In this document: in pieces, positions 23,940 to 33,937 of the stretch | Layout: the number at the start of each line of letters is the position of its first letter | How positions within the stretch are numbered: the stretch's first letter is position 1 | Source: Acidobacteriota bacterium | GTDB lineage: Bacteria; Acidobacteriota; Polarisedimenticolia; Polarisedimenticolales; DASRJG01 | Reading direction: 5' to 3' | NCBI GenBank assembly: GCA_043740355.1 | Contig: JAYUCM010000091.1 | Coordinates: 1-33,937 of the forward strand | DNA length: 33,937 nt | Program-made: the position numbers and the translations under genes | Notes under the pieces: model-generated | What the model was told of the DNA's origin: nothing | The model's database searches: none | Seen by the model: the letters and a program-made list of their open reading frames with translations, nothing else

Positions 23940-26900
23940 CATCGCGGCTCGATCGCGGCGAGCCGCTCGCGGAGAGCCGGCTGCGACGGATCGATCGACA
24001 ACGACTTGCGCCAGAACTCGGCGGCCTTGTCGCGGTCCCCGCGATCGAGGTAGAGCTCGCCGAGCCTCGAAAGGACGCGGGGAGAGCTCGGGTCGAGCTC
24101 GCGTGCCCGCTCGAAGGAGCGCAGGCTCACATCGCGGCGCCCGAGCTTGAACGCCACTTCGCCGGCGCCGATCGCGGCGTCACGGTGCTTCGGCGCCAGC
24201 GCGAGCGTCCGTTGGAACTCGTCGAGGGAGTCCTCGGGCCGGTGGAGGATCAAGAGGACTTTGGCCCGATTGAAGTGGGCGTCCACCGAGGACGGATCTG
24301 CGGCGATCGCCTCTTCGAACCGCTTGCGGGCTTCATCGTTCTGGCCGCGCTCGGCGGAGAGAATGCCGAGGTTGTTGAGTGCCTCGACCATCTTCGGCGA
24401 GAGCTGAAGCGCCCGGCGCACCTCGCGCTCGGCCCCGACGAGGTCCCGCTTCAGCAGGAGCACCGTGCCCAGGCTGTTGTGGAGCAGCGGGGACTTCGGC
24501 GCGTGCCCGAGCCCCTTGCCGTAGAGCGCTTCGGCCTCGTCCAGTCGCCCCTGCCCTTCGAGGAGCAGCCCGAGATTGTTGTACGCTCCGGGGTACCGGG
24601 GATCCGCGTCGACGGCACGGCGATACAGCGATTCGGCCTCGCGGGCCTTGCCGCGCTCGCGCTCGATGTTTCCGGCGTAGTTGAGCGCCTCGGCGCTGTT
24701 GGGATCGACGCGCATGGCCTCGCGGTACTGGACGAGGGCATCGTCCGTCCGACCCCGGCGCTCAAGGACGTAGCCGAGCCGGGTCCGTGCGCGAGCGTCC
24801 GACGGGTTGAGCCGAATCGCCTCGCGAAGGTACCGCTCCGCGGCCGCCGGGTCGCCCCGGATGTCGGACAACATGCCTCGGAGCCCGGGGAGCATTCCCG
24901 ACCGGGGCTGCGCTCGTTCGATTTCGGCGAGATCGCTCTCCGCCTCCGTAAGCTGCGCCTTCAAGAGATGCGCGTAGGCGAGATTCACGAGCGCCTGGAC
25001 GCCGCCTCCGGCGGCCTTCGCCCTCTCGAACTCGGCGATCGCTCCGTCGATGTCGTGCTCGGTCATCTTGACGACGCCCTGGTTGATGATCGATGACGGG
25101 GAGTCTTGAGTGAAACCGGGCGAAGCTCCGGCCGTTGCGGCGCCCTTTGTCGGGGGCGCGGGCGGGATCTCGCCTTCGGGCGCGCGGCCGACGTAGCCCA
25201 GTGATCGGAGCTTCTCGACCAGGTCCGCGTCCTGCGACGACGGCTCGACCTCGACGATCTGCCGGGTCCCGTGCTGGTACGTTGGAATCCTCCGCGCCGG
25301 GTGCGCCCGCAAGAACGAGGGTTCCAGCGCGTCTTCGAGTGGCTTTCCGTCCATGTCCTCGGCTACCGGCATCCCGTAGAGCGCGAGGATCGTCGGAGCA
25401 ATGTCGAGAACCGACGCGTCCGCGACCGTCGCCCCGCGTCGCACGTCGGGGCCGTAGAGGACCAGGATCCCGAACCGGTCATGCCAGTCCGCGGCGGGCC
25501 CGTGGCCGACCCGAGGGTCGGTGGTCGGCCGGTTGTCGCCGTGCCTAAAGCCGTGGTCCGAGAGCACGACGACGTTCCATCCGGGGCCGGCGGCCGCGAG
25601 GACGCGGCCGAGCATCGCATCCGCCTCGCGATACGCCGCGTCCACGGCGCGCGAAAACGCCGCGGCGCGGCGCGGGTCGGTCCCCGCCGGCGCCGGCGGG
25701 TGAAAGGCCATGAAAAGGTGGGCGATCGTGTCGGTGGACTCGTTGTAGATCGCGTGAAAGCCCGATCGTCGCCGGCGGATCAGGTCGGTGCCGATGGCCT
25801 CGTACGTTCGTGTGGACGCGATGGCGGTCTTGAGCGATTGCAAGCGCTCGAGATCGTCCGCGTCCTGCGCGCCGAGTGCATGAATGTCGACGAAGGGCGC
25901 GAGATCGGCGTCGGATACCGCCCCGGGGAGAACGATCTTGGGACGGATCTCTTCGAAGAGAGCCTCCGGCCAGCTCTTGCCGTGGCTCTCCCCCGCGCCG
26001 CCGGCGGCATCGCTGCGGATGACGTCCTTGAAGAGCTGATACGCCACCCGGTCGGTCACCATGAAACCGTCGACGGGTTCCGCCGGCCACGTCGCCCACC
26101 ACGCGGTGACCGCGACAGGCACGCCGCCGTCGCTGAGGATGTTCCACAGCGCCGGGGTCCGGCGCAGCGTGCTCGTCACGGGGACGAGATCTCCTTTCGA
26201 GCTCCGCGCGAGGAAGTCCACGATGCCGTGCTTGGCCGGCCCCATTCCGGTCGCGATCGAGGTCCAGATCACCGGCGAGAGCATCGGGACGATGCTGCGG
26301 AGTCGCGCGCGCGTGCCCTCCCTCACCAGGCGCCCGAGTTGCGGCATTGCTCCGCGGGCGATGAGGGGATCGACGATGTCCCAATCGGCGCCGTCGAAGC
26401 CGATGACGAGCAGGTTGCGGGCGCCAACCGATGCGGTCTCGGCGGGGCCGGCCGCTCCGGAAACCCCGGCCAGGTCGTCCAGCTTTTCGAGTGCGAGGCC
26501 CCCGACCGCGAGCGCTGAATCGAGGCGCTCCCGAACCTGGCTGCGAAAGGCATCCGATCCGGGGGGCGGGCCCGCCGGATCGTTCGCGATCGACGTGAGG
26601 GCGCCGCGAAGCGCGGGTTCGACGATCGCGGTGTCGAGCGCGCGCCCGGCCGACGCGCGATGGACATCCAGCAGGCGCTCCTCCTGAACCCGGCACCGCA
26701 CGCGCGCACGGAACTCGAGCTTGGCGCCCTCGCGGGACGTCCATGGCACCCCGTTCGGGAATTCGGCCGAGAAGCTCGACGTTGGATAGCGGAAGAGACG
26801 GTGGAACCCGGGGACGACGAGGTGGCGTCCGGGGGCGAGAACGACCGCTTCGGACTTCAACCAGAGGCCGTCACGAACGCAATAGCCGCCGCGCCCATCG

Positions 26901-26983
26901 ACGTTGCGGATGCTGACGAGCAGCCCGAGCGCAAGAGCCGCGAAGGTCGCGAGCGCGATTCCCGTTCGACGACCGACCGTCAA
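23939..26983 (-). CDS. Membrane-anchored multidomain protein: SPFH/band-7-like N-terminal region, alkaline-phosphatase-superfamily (type I phosphodiesterase/nucleotide pyrophosphatase-like) domain, and C-terminal TPR array
   Basis: TTG start with a GAGGAGG Shine-Dalgarno sequence 5 nt upstream. TM helix GIALATFAALALGLLV. LLVIGFDGADWD and VVVLSDHGF are alkaline-phosphatase-superfamily metal-site motifs. The last roughly 380 aa are canonical TPRs (e.g. AEALNYAGNIERERGKAREAESLYRRAVDADPRYPGAYNNLG). Confidence 0.8.
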   Translation of the reverse strand: MTVGRRTGIALATFAALALGLLVSIRNVDGRGGYCVRDGLWLKSEAVVLAPGRHLVVPGFHRLFRYPTSSFSAEFPNGVPWTSREGAKLEFRARVRCRVQEERLLDVHRASAGRALDTAIVEPALRGALTSIANDPAGPPPGSDAFRSQVRERLDSALAVGGLALEKLDDLAGVSGAAGPAETASVGARNLLVIGFDGADWDIVDPLIARGAMPQLGRLVREGTRARLRSIVPMLSPVIWTSIATGMGPAKHGIVDFLARSSKGDLVPVTSTLRRTPALWNILSDGGVPVAVTAWWATWPAEPVDGFMVTDRVAYQLFKDVIRSDAAGGAGESHGKSWPEALFEEIRPKIVLPGAVSDADLAPFVDIHALGAQDADDLERLQSLKTAIASTRTYEAIGTDLIRRRRSGFHAIYNESTDTIAHLFMAFHPPAPAGTDPRRAAAFSRAVDAAYREADAMLGRVLAAAGPGWNVVVLSDHGFRHGDNRPTTDPRVGHGPAADWHDRFGILVLYGPDVRRGATVADASVLDIAPTILALYGMPVAEDMDGKPLEDALEPSFLRAHPARRIPTYQHGTRQIVEVEPSSQDADLVEKLRSLGYVGRAPEGEIPPAPPTKGAATAGASPGFTQDSPSSIINQGVVKMTEHDIDGAIAEFERAKAAGGGVQALVNLAYAHLLKAQLTEAESDLAEIERAQPRSGMLPGLRGMLSDIRGDPAAAERYLREAIRLNPSDARARTRLGYVLERRGRTDDALVQYREAMRVDPNSAEALNYAGNIERERGKAREAESLYRRAVDADPRYPGAYNNLGLLLEGQGRLDEAEALYGKGLGHAPKSPLLHNSLGTVLLLKRDLVGAEREVRRALQLSPKMVEALNNLGILSAERGQNDEARKRFEEAIAADPSSVDAHFNRAKVLLILHRPEDSLDEFQRTLALAPKHRDAAIGAGEVAFKLGRRDVSLRSFERARELDPSSPRVLSRLGELYLDRGDRDKAAEFWRKSLSIDPSQPALRERLAAIEPR

Positions 26984-27145
26984 CCCTGCCTCCTCGTCCG
27001 CAAGCGCTCGTTACGGCAAACGACCCGGAGCGCGACGATCGCGTTTCGAATCGCGCGGAGGCTAGCACGCCTGACGCCGGTCGCGTCGTAGAGTACCGGC
27101 GACCCTTTCGATTCTGAATTCCCGTGCGGCCAGGGTTTTCCCCGA

Positions 27146-27174
27146 TGGACAACGTTCCCCACAGACTTCATATT
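27146..27174 (+). promoter_or_regulatory. Candidate sigma-70 promoter for the barrel-pgs operon
   Basis: TGGACA-(17 nt)-CATATT lies about 50 nt upstream of ATG 27224. It is only a partial match to consensus. Confidence 0.3.
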
Positions 27175-27223
27175 GAAGCGGGTGAGCAGACCGGCTAGGA
27201 GAGAGCACGCGAGGCGATCAACG

Positions 27224-28318
27224 ATGAACCGCCATAGACTGCTAGATACCTTTCTCGGTTCGGCGTTTCTCGCCGCAGCGTTGCTCACCGCTCCGCACGC
27301 GGTCGCCGCGAGCTCTTGGGACTTCCAGCTCGACATCACCGCCCGATATGACGACAACATCACGGAGTTGTCCGACACCGACCGGGATCGCGTGGGGCAG
27401 CCCGCCTATGCCGACCGGTTCCGCATCGAGACGCCCGATGATTTCATCGTGTCCCCCGCAGGCCGAGTGGAATGGTCGAGACGTTCTGTCGCGGATCGCG
27501 AAAGCTCCGTGCGCATCACGGCGGCGGTCAATCACTACGTGCGAAACTCGGTCAAGAGCTATGAAACCTACGGCGTGCGCTTTTCGCAGGATCTCGTTCC
27601 CAGACGCCGGTTTGGGACGACTCTGATCCTTCGTGCCGGACTGACGCCCAGTTACTACTTGAGGGAACTGACCGTTCCGGAAGCATCGCGCCTCGCGGGG
27701 GTGACGGTCCGCGACAGTGCCCAGTACTCCTCGACGGCGTACTCGCTGGGGCTCCGGCAAGTCCTCGTCCCGAAGCTCCTCGATCTCACCCTCTCCGCGG
27801 GCAGGGAACCGCGCGATTACGACGATCCGTTCAACGAGCGGGATGGCGATCTGACGGGGATTTTGGCGGAGCTGTCGTGGACACCGCTCGCCAGCCGCCG
27901 GTTGGAGTTGCAAGGAGGCTACCGGTACGAATCCTACGACGCGAGGGGCGACAATGCCGCCACGCTGGCTCTCGAACCGGACATTTCGAGCGACCGCTCG
28001 ACGGCAAGCCTCGGCGCGTCCTTCCACTGGGGGAGCAAGAAGCGCCGAGGCGAGATCGGACTGTCGCTCGAACGCGAGACCCGTGACTTCTTGTCCGACA
28101 CCCCGGCGGACGTTTATCACTTCGGCCGGAAGGACACCCGCTCGCAGGCCGTCCTCACCGTGCGCCAGGGCTTGGGAGCCGACCTCTGGGTGAATGCAGG
28201 GCTGAGCCGTGAAACGAACGACTCGCGGCTCGGCCCTTCCGCCCCCAGCACGCCTGGGGACGACGTGACCGACTACACCCACCAGGTCGTGTCGGCGTCG
28301 CTGAGCTGGAGATTCTGA
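27224..28318 (+). CDS. Outer-membrane beta-barrel protein, first gene of the poly-gamma-glutamate locus
   Basis: ATG 27224 with GAGGCG upstream. Signal peptide MNRHRLLDTFLGSAFLAAALLTAPHAVAA. Amphipathic strand pattern throughout. C-terminus VVSASLSWRF. The stop overlaps the inferred pgsB start region. Confidence 0.65.
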   Translation: MNRHRLLDTFLGSAFLAAALLTAPHAVAASSWDFQLDITARYDDNITELSDTDRDRVGQPAYADRFRIETPDDFIVSPAGRVEWSRRSVADRESSVRITAAVNHYVRNSVKSYETYGVRFSQDLVPRRRFGTTLILRAGLTPSYYLRELTVPEASRLAGVTVRDSAQYSSTAYSLGLRQVLVPKLLDLTLSAGREPRDYDDPFNERDGDLTGILAELSWTPLASRRLELQGGYRYESYDARGDNAATLALEPDISSDRSTASLGASFHWGSKKRRGEIGLSLERETRDFLSDTPADVYHFGRKDTRSQAVLTVRQGLGADLWVNAGLSRETNDSRLGPSAPSTPGDDVTDYTHQVVSASLSWRF

Positions 28319-29499
28319 TCGTACCCGGTGTCGTTCCCGCGCTGCTTGCGAGCGGACTCGGAGCCTACGGAGTCTGGGAACGGGTCCGCCACGACCGCGC
28401 GCTCTCCCGGATCCCGATCCGGATTCATGTCAACGGGACACGAGGAAAATCTTCGGTGACCCGGCTCATCGCCGCGGGGCTACGCGCGGGGGGACACAGG
28501 ACCTTCGCGAAGACCACCGGCACGATGGCGCGGATGATCGGTCCCGACGGGTCGGAAACGGACGTATACCGGGTCGGCGCCAACATCATCGAGCAGATCC
28601 GCATCGTGCGCCGGGCGGTCCAGGCCAACGCCGACACGCTCGTCATCGAGTGCATGGCGGTGACACCGGAGCTGCAGCGGGCGTGCGAGACGCGTCTCAT
28701 CCGAAGCACCGTTGGGGTCATCACCAACGTCCGCGCCGATCATCTCGACGTGATGGGCCCCACGGTGGCCGACGCAGCCCGTGCGATTTCGGGCACGATC
28801 CCGTCTCACGGCCACGCGTTCACGGCCGAGCGGGAGCACGAGGCGATCCTCCGGAAGACCGCGGCGGACCGGGGAACCACTCTCCACGTCGTGGAGCCCG
28901 GCGGCGTCTCGCAGGCGGAGCTCGCGGGGTTCCCCTACCTCGAGCACGCGGACAACGTCGCGCTCGCACTCGCGGTCTGCCGGCATCTTGGCGAGGATCG
29001 CGCACGGGCGCTCGCCGGCATGCACGCCGCCGCGCCCGACCCCGGCGTTCTGTGCCGGTACACGGTGCAGGCTCTCGGGAAAACGGTGACCTTCATCAAC
29101 GCCTTCGCGGCGAACGATCCCGATTCGACGTTGCTGATCTGGCGACGGTTCGGACTCGACCGCCCCTTGGACGCCGGCGTACGCGTCGTTCTCGCGAATT
29201 GCCGGAAGGACCGTGTCCACCGGTCGACGCAGCTTCTCGACTTGGTGGCCGGGCCGATGTGGGCCGAGCACGTCATCCTCACGGGCGAAGGGACGGGCGC
29301 GATCGCGCACCACGCTTTCCTGAGGGGCATCCCACGGGGCCGGCTGGAGAACCTCGGCGGCCTCGATGCGCCGGAAATCTTCAATCGCCTGATGATGCTC
29401 GCGGAAAACCGGTCGGTCATCATGGGGATCGGCAACGTCGTCGGGCTCGGCGAGGAGATCGTCGGCCAGTTCAGGAGCCGGGCGGTGCCGCATGGTTGA
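28318..29499 (+). CDS. pgsB: Poly-gamma-glutamate synthase PgsB/CapB (Mur-ligase-like amide ligase). The start is non-canonical and uncertain.
   Basis: IPIRIHVNGTRGKSSVTRLIAAGL...GKTTGT...IECMAV...VITNVRADHLDVMGPT...INAFAANDPDST...ANCRKDRVHRS parallels Bacillus PgsB along its whole length. The TM helix and the P-loop (28432-28455) lie upstream of GTG 28456, the first ATG/GTG/TTG in frame, which automated callers would pick. Candidate starts are CTG 28306, ATT 28312, CTG 28315 and ATC 28318. GGAG sits at 28308-28311. Confidence 0.8.
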   Translation: MVPGVVPALLASGLGAYGVWERVRHDRALSRIPIRIHVNGTRGKSSVTRLIAAGLRAGGHRTFAKTTGTMARMIGPDGSETDVYRVGANIIEQIRIVRRAVQANADTLVIECMAVTPELQRACETRLIRSTVGVITNVRADHLDVMGPTVADAARAISGTIPSHGHAFTAEREHEAILRKTAADRGTTLHVVEPGGVSQAELAGFPYLEHADNVALALAVCRHLGEDRARALAGMHAAAPDPGVLCRYTVQALGKTVTFINAFAANDPDSTLLIWRRFGLDRPLDAGVRVVLANCRKDRVHRSTQLLDLVAGPMWAEHVILTGEGTGAIAHHAFLRGIPRGRLENLGGLDAPEIFNRLMMLAENRSVIMGIGNVVGLGEEIVGQFRSRAVPHG

Positions 29500-29941
29500 G
29501 CAGGCGATCGGTCTCGGCCTCGTGATCAGCCTCATCTTCTCGGAAACGCTGGGACTCGCGGCCGGGGGCATGGTGGTGCCGGGATACATCGCGCTGAGCC
29601 TGCACGAGCCGACGCGGATCGCGGGAACGCTGGTGACGTCCCTGTGCACGCTCGCGGTCATCGAGCTCATGTCGCGGTTCACTCTGATCTACGGCCGGAG
29701 GCGGATCGTCGTGGCCGTGCTCGTAGGGTTTTGCTTCGGCGCGTTGTCCCGCTACGTACCCGTGTTTCAAATGGCCGAAACCTCGCTCGATCTGCGGGCG
29801 ATCGGCTACGTCATTCCAGGCCTTCTCGCCAACTGGATGCAGCGGCAGGGAATCGTCCAGACTCTCTGCGTCATGTCGACGACGGCGATTATCGTGAGGC
29901 TCATGCTGATGCTAATGGGCGGAGGTGTGCCGCTCACATGA
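29492..29941 (+). CDS. pgsC: Poly-gamma-glutamate biosynthesis membrane protein PgsC/CapC
   Basis: 149 aa and polytopic. LIFSETLGLAAGGMVVPGYIAL...LIYGRRR...IGYVIPGLLANWMQRQG parallels Bacillus PgsC (LIFAERTGIVPAGLVVPGYL...ILYGRRK...IGIIVPGLIAN). It overlaps pgsB by 8 nt. Confidence 0.9.
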   Translation: MVEQAIGLGLVISLIFSETLGLAAGGMVVPGYIALSLHEPTRIAGTLVTSLCTLAVIELMSRFTLIYGRRRIVVAVLVGFCFGALSRYVPVFQMAETSLDLRAIGYVIPGLLANWMQRQGIVQTLCVMSTTAIIVRLMLMLMGGGVPLT

Positions 29942-31056
29942 GCGACACACGCGCTTCCACGACGGCGCTGGTCGGGCTCGCCGGACTGGCCGTTGCCTTG
30001 TACGCCGCAACGGAAGGTTCCCTGTCTCCCATCCCGGCCCGCGCCTTCGAGCGGAAGACTCAAGCTGTCCGGCTGATGCAGCAGTGGGAAGCTGCCATCC
30101 TCGCGGCGAAGAGGGAACGCGGCATCGCAATCGACCGTAAGAACGACCCCGACGGGTCTGGCCTCATCGGGCCGCAGTTCACGTTGATCACGACGGACCG
30201 CGGCTCCCAGTCCGCCAAGAGCCTCGCCGCTCATCCGAATTTCGCGGCCGCGGTCACCGACATGCTCGTGCGGGCGGGCGTGGGTCGGGACGATCTCGTA
30301 GCCGTGGGCATGACCGGGTCGCTGCCGGGCCTGAACCTGGCCGTGCTGTCCGCGTGCGCGGCGGTCGGGGCGGAGCCGATCATCATCACGTCGGTCGGAT
30401 CTTCCATGTTCGGGGCCACCGACCCGGACATGACCTGGCTCGATATGGAAGCCGTCCTGCGGAAGCGCACGGAATTCCGCTGCCATTCGTCTGCTGCGTC
30501 GCTGGGCGGAGGCGGCGACGTTGGCCGTGGCCTTTCGCCCCAGGGCCGGCAGCTCTTGACCGACGCGATCAGGCGAAACGGTGTGAAGCTCCTCGATTCC
30601 GAGAGCCTGCTCGACGCGGTCCGCGAACGCGTCGACCTTTACGACCGGGACTCCGCTCTCCGTCACAAAAAGATCGCCGCCTATGTGAACGTTGGAGGGG
30701 GGCTGGCCAGTTTAGGCGGCGCCCCGAACGCCCGGCTCATCCCCTCCGGTTTCACGTCCCGACTCGCGGAGCGGAACTACCCCAACCGGGGGGTGCTGAA
30801 CATCTTCGCCGAGCGTGGCGCACCGATCATCCATCTCCTCCAGGTCGAGCAGCTCGCCCGCCTCACAGGAGTCACCGACGACTCCGACCAGCCGTACCGG
30901 ACCGGTGAAGGCCCGCTGTTCGTGTCGTATCGCTACAATCTTTGGGCCGTGGGCGGCTCCCTCGTCCTGATTCTCGGAGCGAACGCCGTCGTCCTTCGAC
31001 GTGACGTTCGCCACCGGATGATGGGTCGGCCGCACCCGGAAAGGACCAACGCATGA
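29938..31056 (+). CDS. Bitopic membrane protein, probably the PGA system accessory protein that replaces PgsA/CapA in non-Bacillus loci
   Basis: ATGA overlap with pgsC. N-terminal TM (TTALVGLAGLAVALYAA) and C-terminal TM (LWAVGGSLVLILGANAVVL). There are no metallophosphatase motifs of CapA. The assignment rests on context and on my recollection of a family called 'poly-gamma-glutamate system protein'. Confidence 0.6.
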   Translation: MSDTRASTTALVGLAGLAVALYAATEGSLSPIPARAFERKTQAVRLMQQWEAAILAAKRERGIAIDRKNDPDGSGLIGPQFTLITTDRGSQSAKSLAAHPNFAAAVTDMLVRAGVGRDDLVAVGMTGSLPGLNLAVLSACAAVGAEPIIITSVGSSMFGATDPDMTWLDMEAVLRKRTEFRCHSSAASLGGGGDVGRGLSPQGRQLLTDAIRRNGVKLLDSESLLDAVRERVDLYDRDSALRHKKIAAYVNVGGGLASLGGAPNARLIPSGFTSRLAERNYPNRGVLNIFAERGAPIIHLLQVEQLARLTGVTDDSDQPYRTGEGPLFVSYRYNLWAVGGSLVLILGANAVVLRRDVRHRMMGRPHPERTNA

Positions 31057-31958
31057 AACGACGTGACGCCTTGCTGCCCGTCTTGCTCGCGACCGTTGTG
31101 CTCCACGCGTCATCGCAGGCAGCGGACAGTTGGAAGGCGATCGAAAAGGTGCCTGGTGTCGTGTCGGTTCCGGTGCTCGTCGACCGAACCGAGCGCGAGT
31201 ATTTCCGGGTGACGCCGATGACGCCCCTGAGCCTCTCGGTGCGCGGGCCGGCCCACCTCCGCATCGTCTCGCGCGCGGAGATGCCTCCCGACGCATCGCC
31301 ATCGTCCGCCTACGCGCTCAAGGCGAAGGACGGAAAGAAAGTGATCGAGCGCCAGCAAACGACGACGACGGCTTCGGCCGACGCTCGCCTGAAGAAAGGA
31401 ACCTCCCGGCTCGGTCAAAGTCGCCAGCTGATCGTTCGGATCCCGGAGGGGACGCACCGGTTGACGCTTTCGGTGGAAGGATCCAGCGCGGTCTTGTTGC
31501 GCCTCCTCGTACGGCAGCGGGCACCCGTGCCGGTCAAGACCGTCAGCCTCACCCCGGTCGAGGCGACTCGCACCGTCTCGTTCACCGAGGACGAGAAGGT
31601 CATCCCGTATTACACCGCGCTGCCCGGCAGGCCCGTCCGGTTCCGCATCGTCGGTCCCGTGACGCTCGATCTCGTCAGTCGCCTCGACTTCGACGCCACG
31701 ATGCGCGGCTCCCAGCCGTACACGTTGGCCGTGAGCGTCGGGGATGGCCGTTCCCAGAGGGCCCGGCTCAACACTACCAAGGCGCTGACGGCGACGTACC
31801 GCGAACTCAAGGACCGGGTGCCTGGAAAGTTCCGCCGGACGGAGGTTTCCGTTCCAGAAGGCACACACCTCGTTACGGTCGGTTTGCTCAAGCCGGCCGC
31901 GGGCTCTGTCGAGATCCAGGCCCGCATCCCACAGCCGGAGGTCGGTGCCCAGGAGTAG
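31053..31958 (+). CDS. Secreted protein made of two tandem homologous domains, last gene of the PGA locus
   Basis: ATGA overlap with the upstream gene. GGAAAGGA Shine-Dalgarno sequence. Signal peptide MKRRDALLPVLLATVVLHASSQA. The internal duplication is visible by eye: VRGPAHLRIVSR / IVGPVTLDLVSR and IPEGTHRLTLSVEG / VPEGTHLVTVGLLK. Confidence 0.55.
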   Translation: MKRRDALLPVLLATVVLHASSQAADSWKAIEKVPGVVSVPVLVDRTEREYFRVTPMTPLSLSVRGPAHLRIVSRAEMPPDASPSSAYALKAKDGKKVIERQQTTTTASADARLKKGTSRLGQSRQLIVRIPEGTHRLTLSVEGSSAVLLRLLVRQRAPVPVKTVSLTPVEATRTVSFTEDEKVIPYYTALPGRPVRFRIVGPVTLDLVSRLDFDATMRGSQPYTLAVSVGDGRSQRARLNTTKALTATYRELKDRVPGKFRRTEVSVPEGTHLVTVGLLKPAAGSVEIQARIPQPEVGAQE

Positions 31959-31969
31959 GCGCCGATGCC

Positions 31970-33937
<1,968 letters not shown>

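Noticed and set aside
24185-26744. ORFs 24185..25096 (+), 25271..26518 (+) and 25545..26744 (-) within the SPFH/phosphatase/TPR gene
   Set aside because: These are shadow frames that are Arg/Gly/Asp-rich. The minus-strand 1,014-aa frame shows consistent TPR and phosphatase motifs and a strong RBS.
28427-28459. ATG at 28427 as a possible pgsB start
   Set aside because: It is in a different frame and reads MSTGHEENLR-stop, so it cannot rescue the P-loop-containing N-terminus.
27242-30666. ORFs 27242..28282 (-), 28480..29682 (-), 28650..29525 (+) and 29806..30666 (-) across the PGA locus
   Set aside because: These are antisense or alternative-frame ORFs with Arg/Pro/Gly bias. The plus-strand frames match PgsB and PgsC residue by residue.

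Overview
The window is a very GC-rich chromosomal segment from a diderm bacterium. I cannot assign the phylum from sequence alone. It is densely coding, and many genes are joined by GTGA or ATGA start/stop overlaps. All family assignments below come from reading motifs in the supplied translations, not from searches.

Gene content, left to right:
- yceD-rpmF-fabH-fabD-fabG lipid and ribosomal operon on the minus strand. plsX is absent from it.
- A DUF4388/J-like/TPR protein.
- Two translationally coupled hypothetical envelope proteins.
- mutL followed by a lytic transglycosylase.
- A stand-alone sigma-70 region 3.2/4 mini-protein.
- A minus-strand operon of a DksA-like protein, rlmI, and a roughly 2,040-aa ORF.
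- A four-gene CDP-hexose modification cassette plus an outer-membrane barrel.
- An SPFH/alkaline-phosphatase/TPR protein.
- A five-gene poly-gamma-glutamate (PGA) locus.
- The 3' two-thirds of ppdK.

Two things stand out:
1. The giant ORF fuses a TamB-like protein, including its DUF490 end, in frame to a five-POTRA Omp85 barrel. The barrel half has no signal peptide of its own.
2. The PGA locus reads barrel, pgsB, pgsC, membrane accessory protein, then a secreted tandem-domain protein. It looks like a trans-envelope PGA synthesis and export system. Its pgsB has no canonical start codon upstream of its P-loop.

I saw no tRNA or rRNA genes, CRISPR arrays, transposases or integrases. Most long ORFs in the track that overlap these genes are Arg/Pro/Gly-rich shadow frames typical of high-GC DNA.
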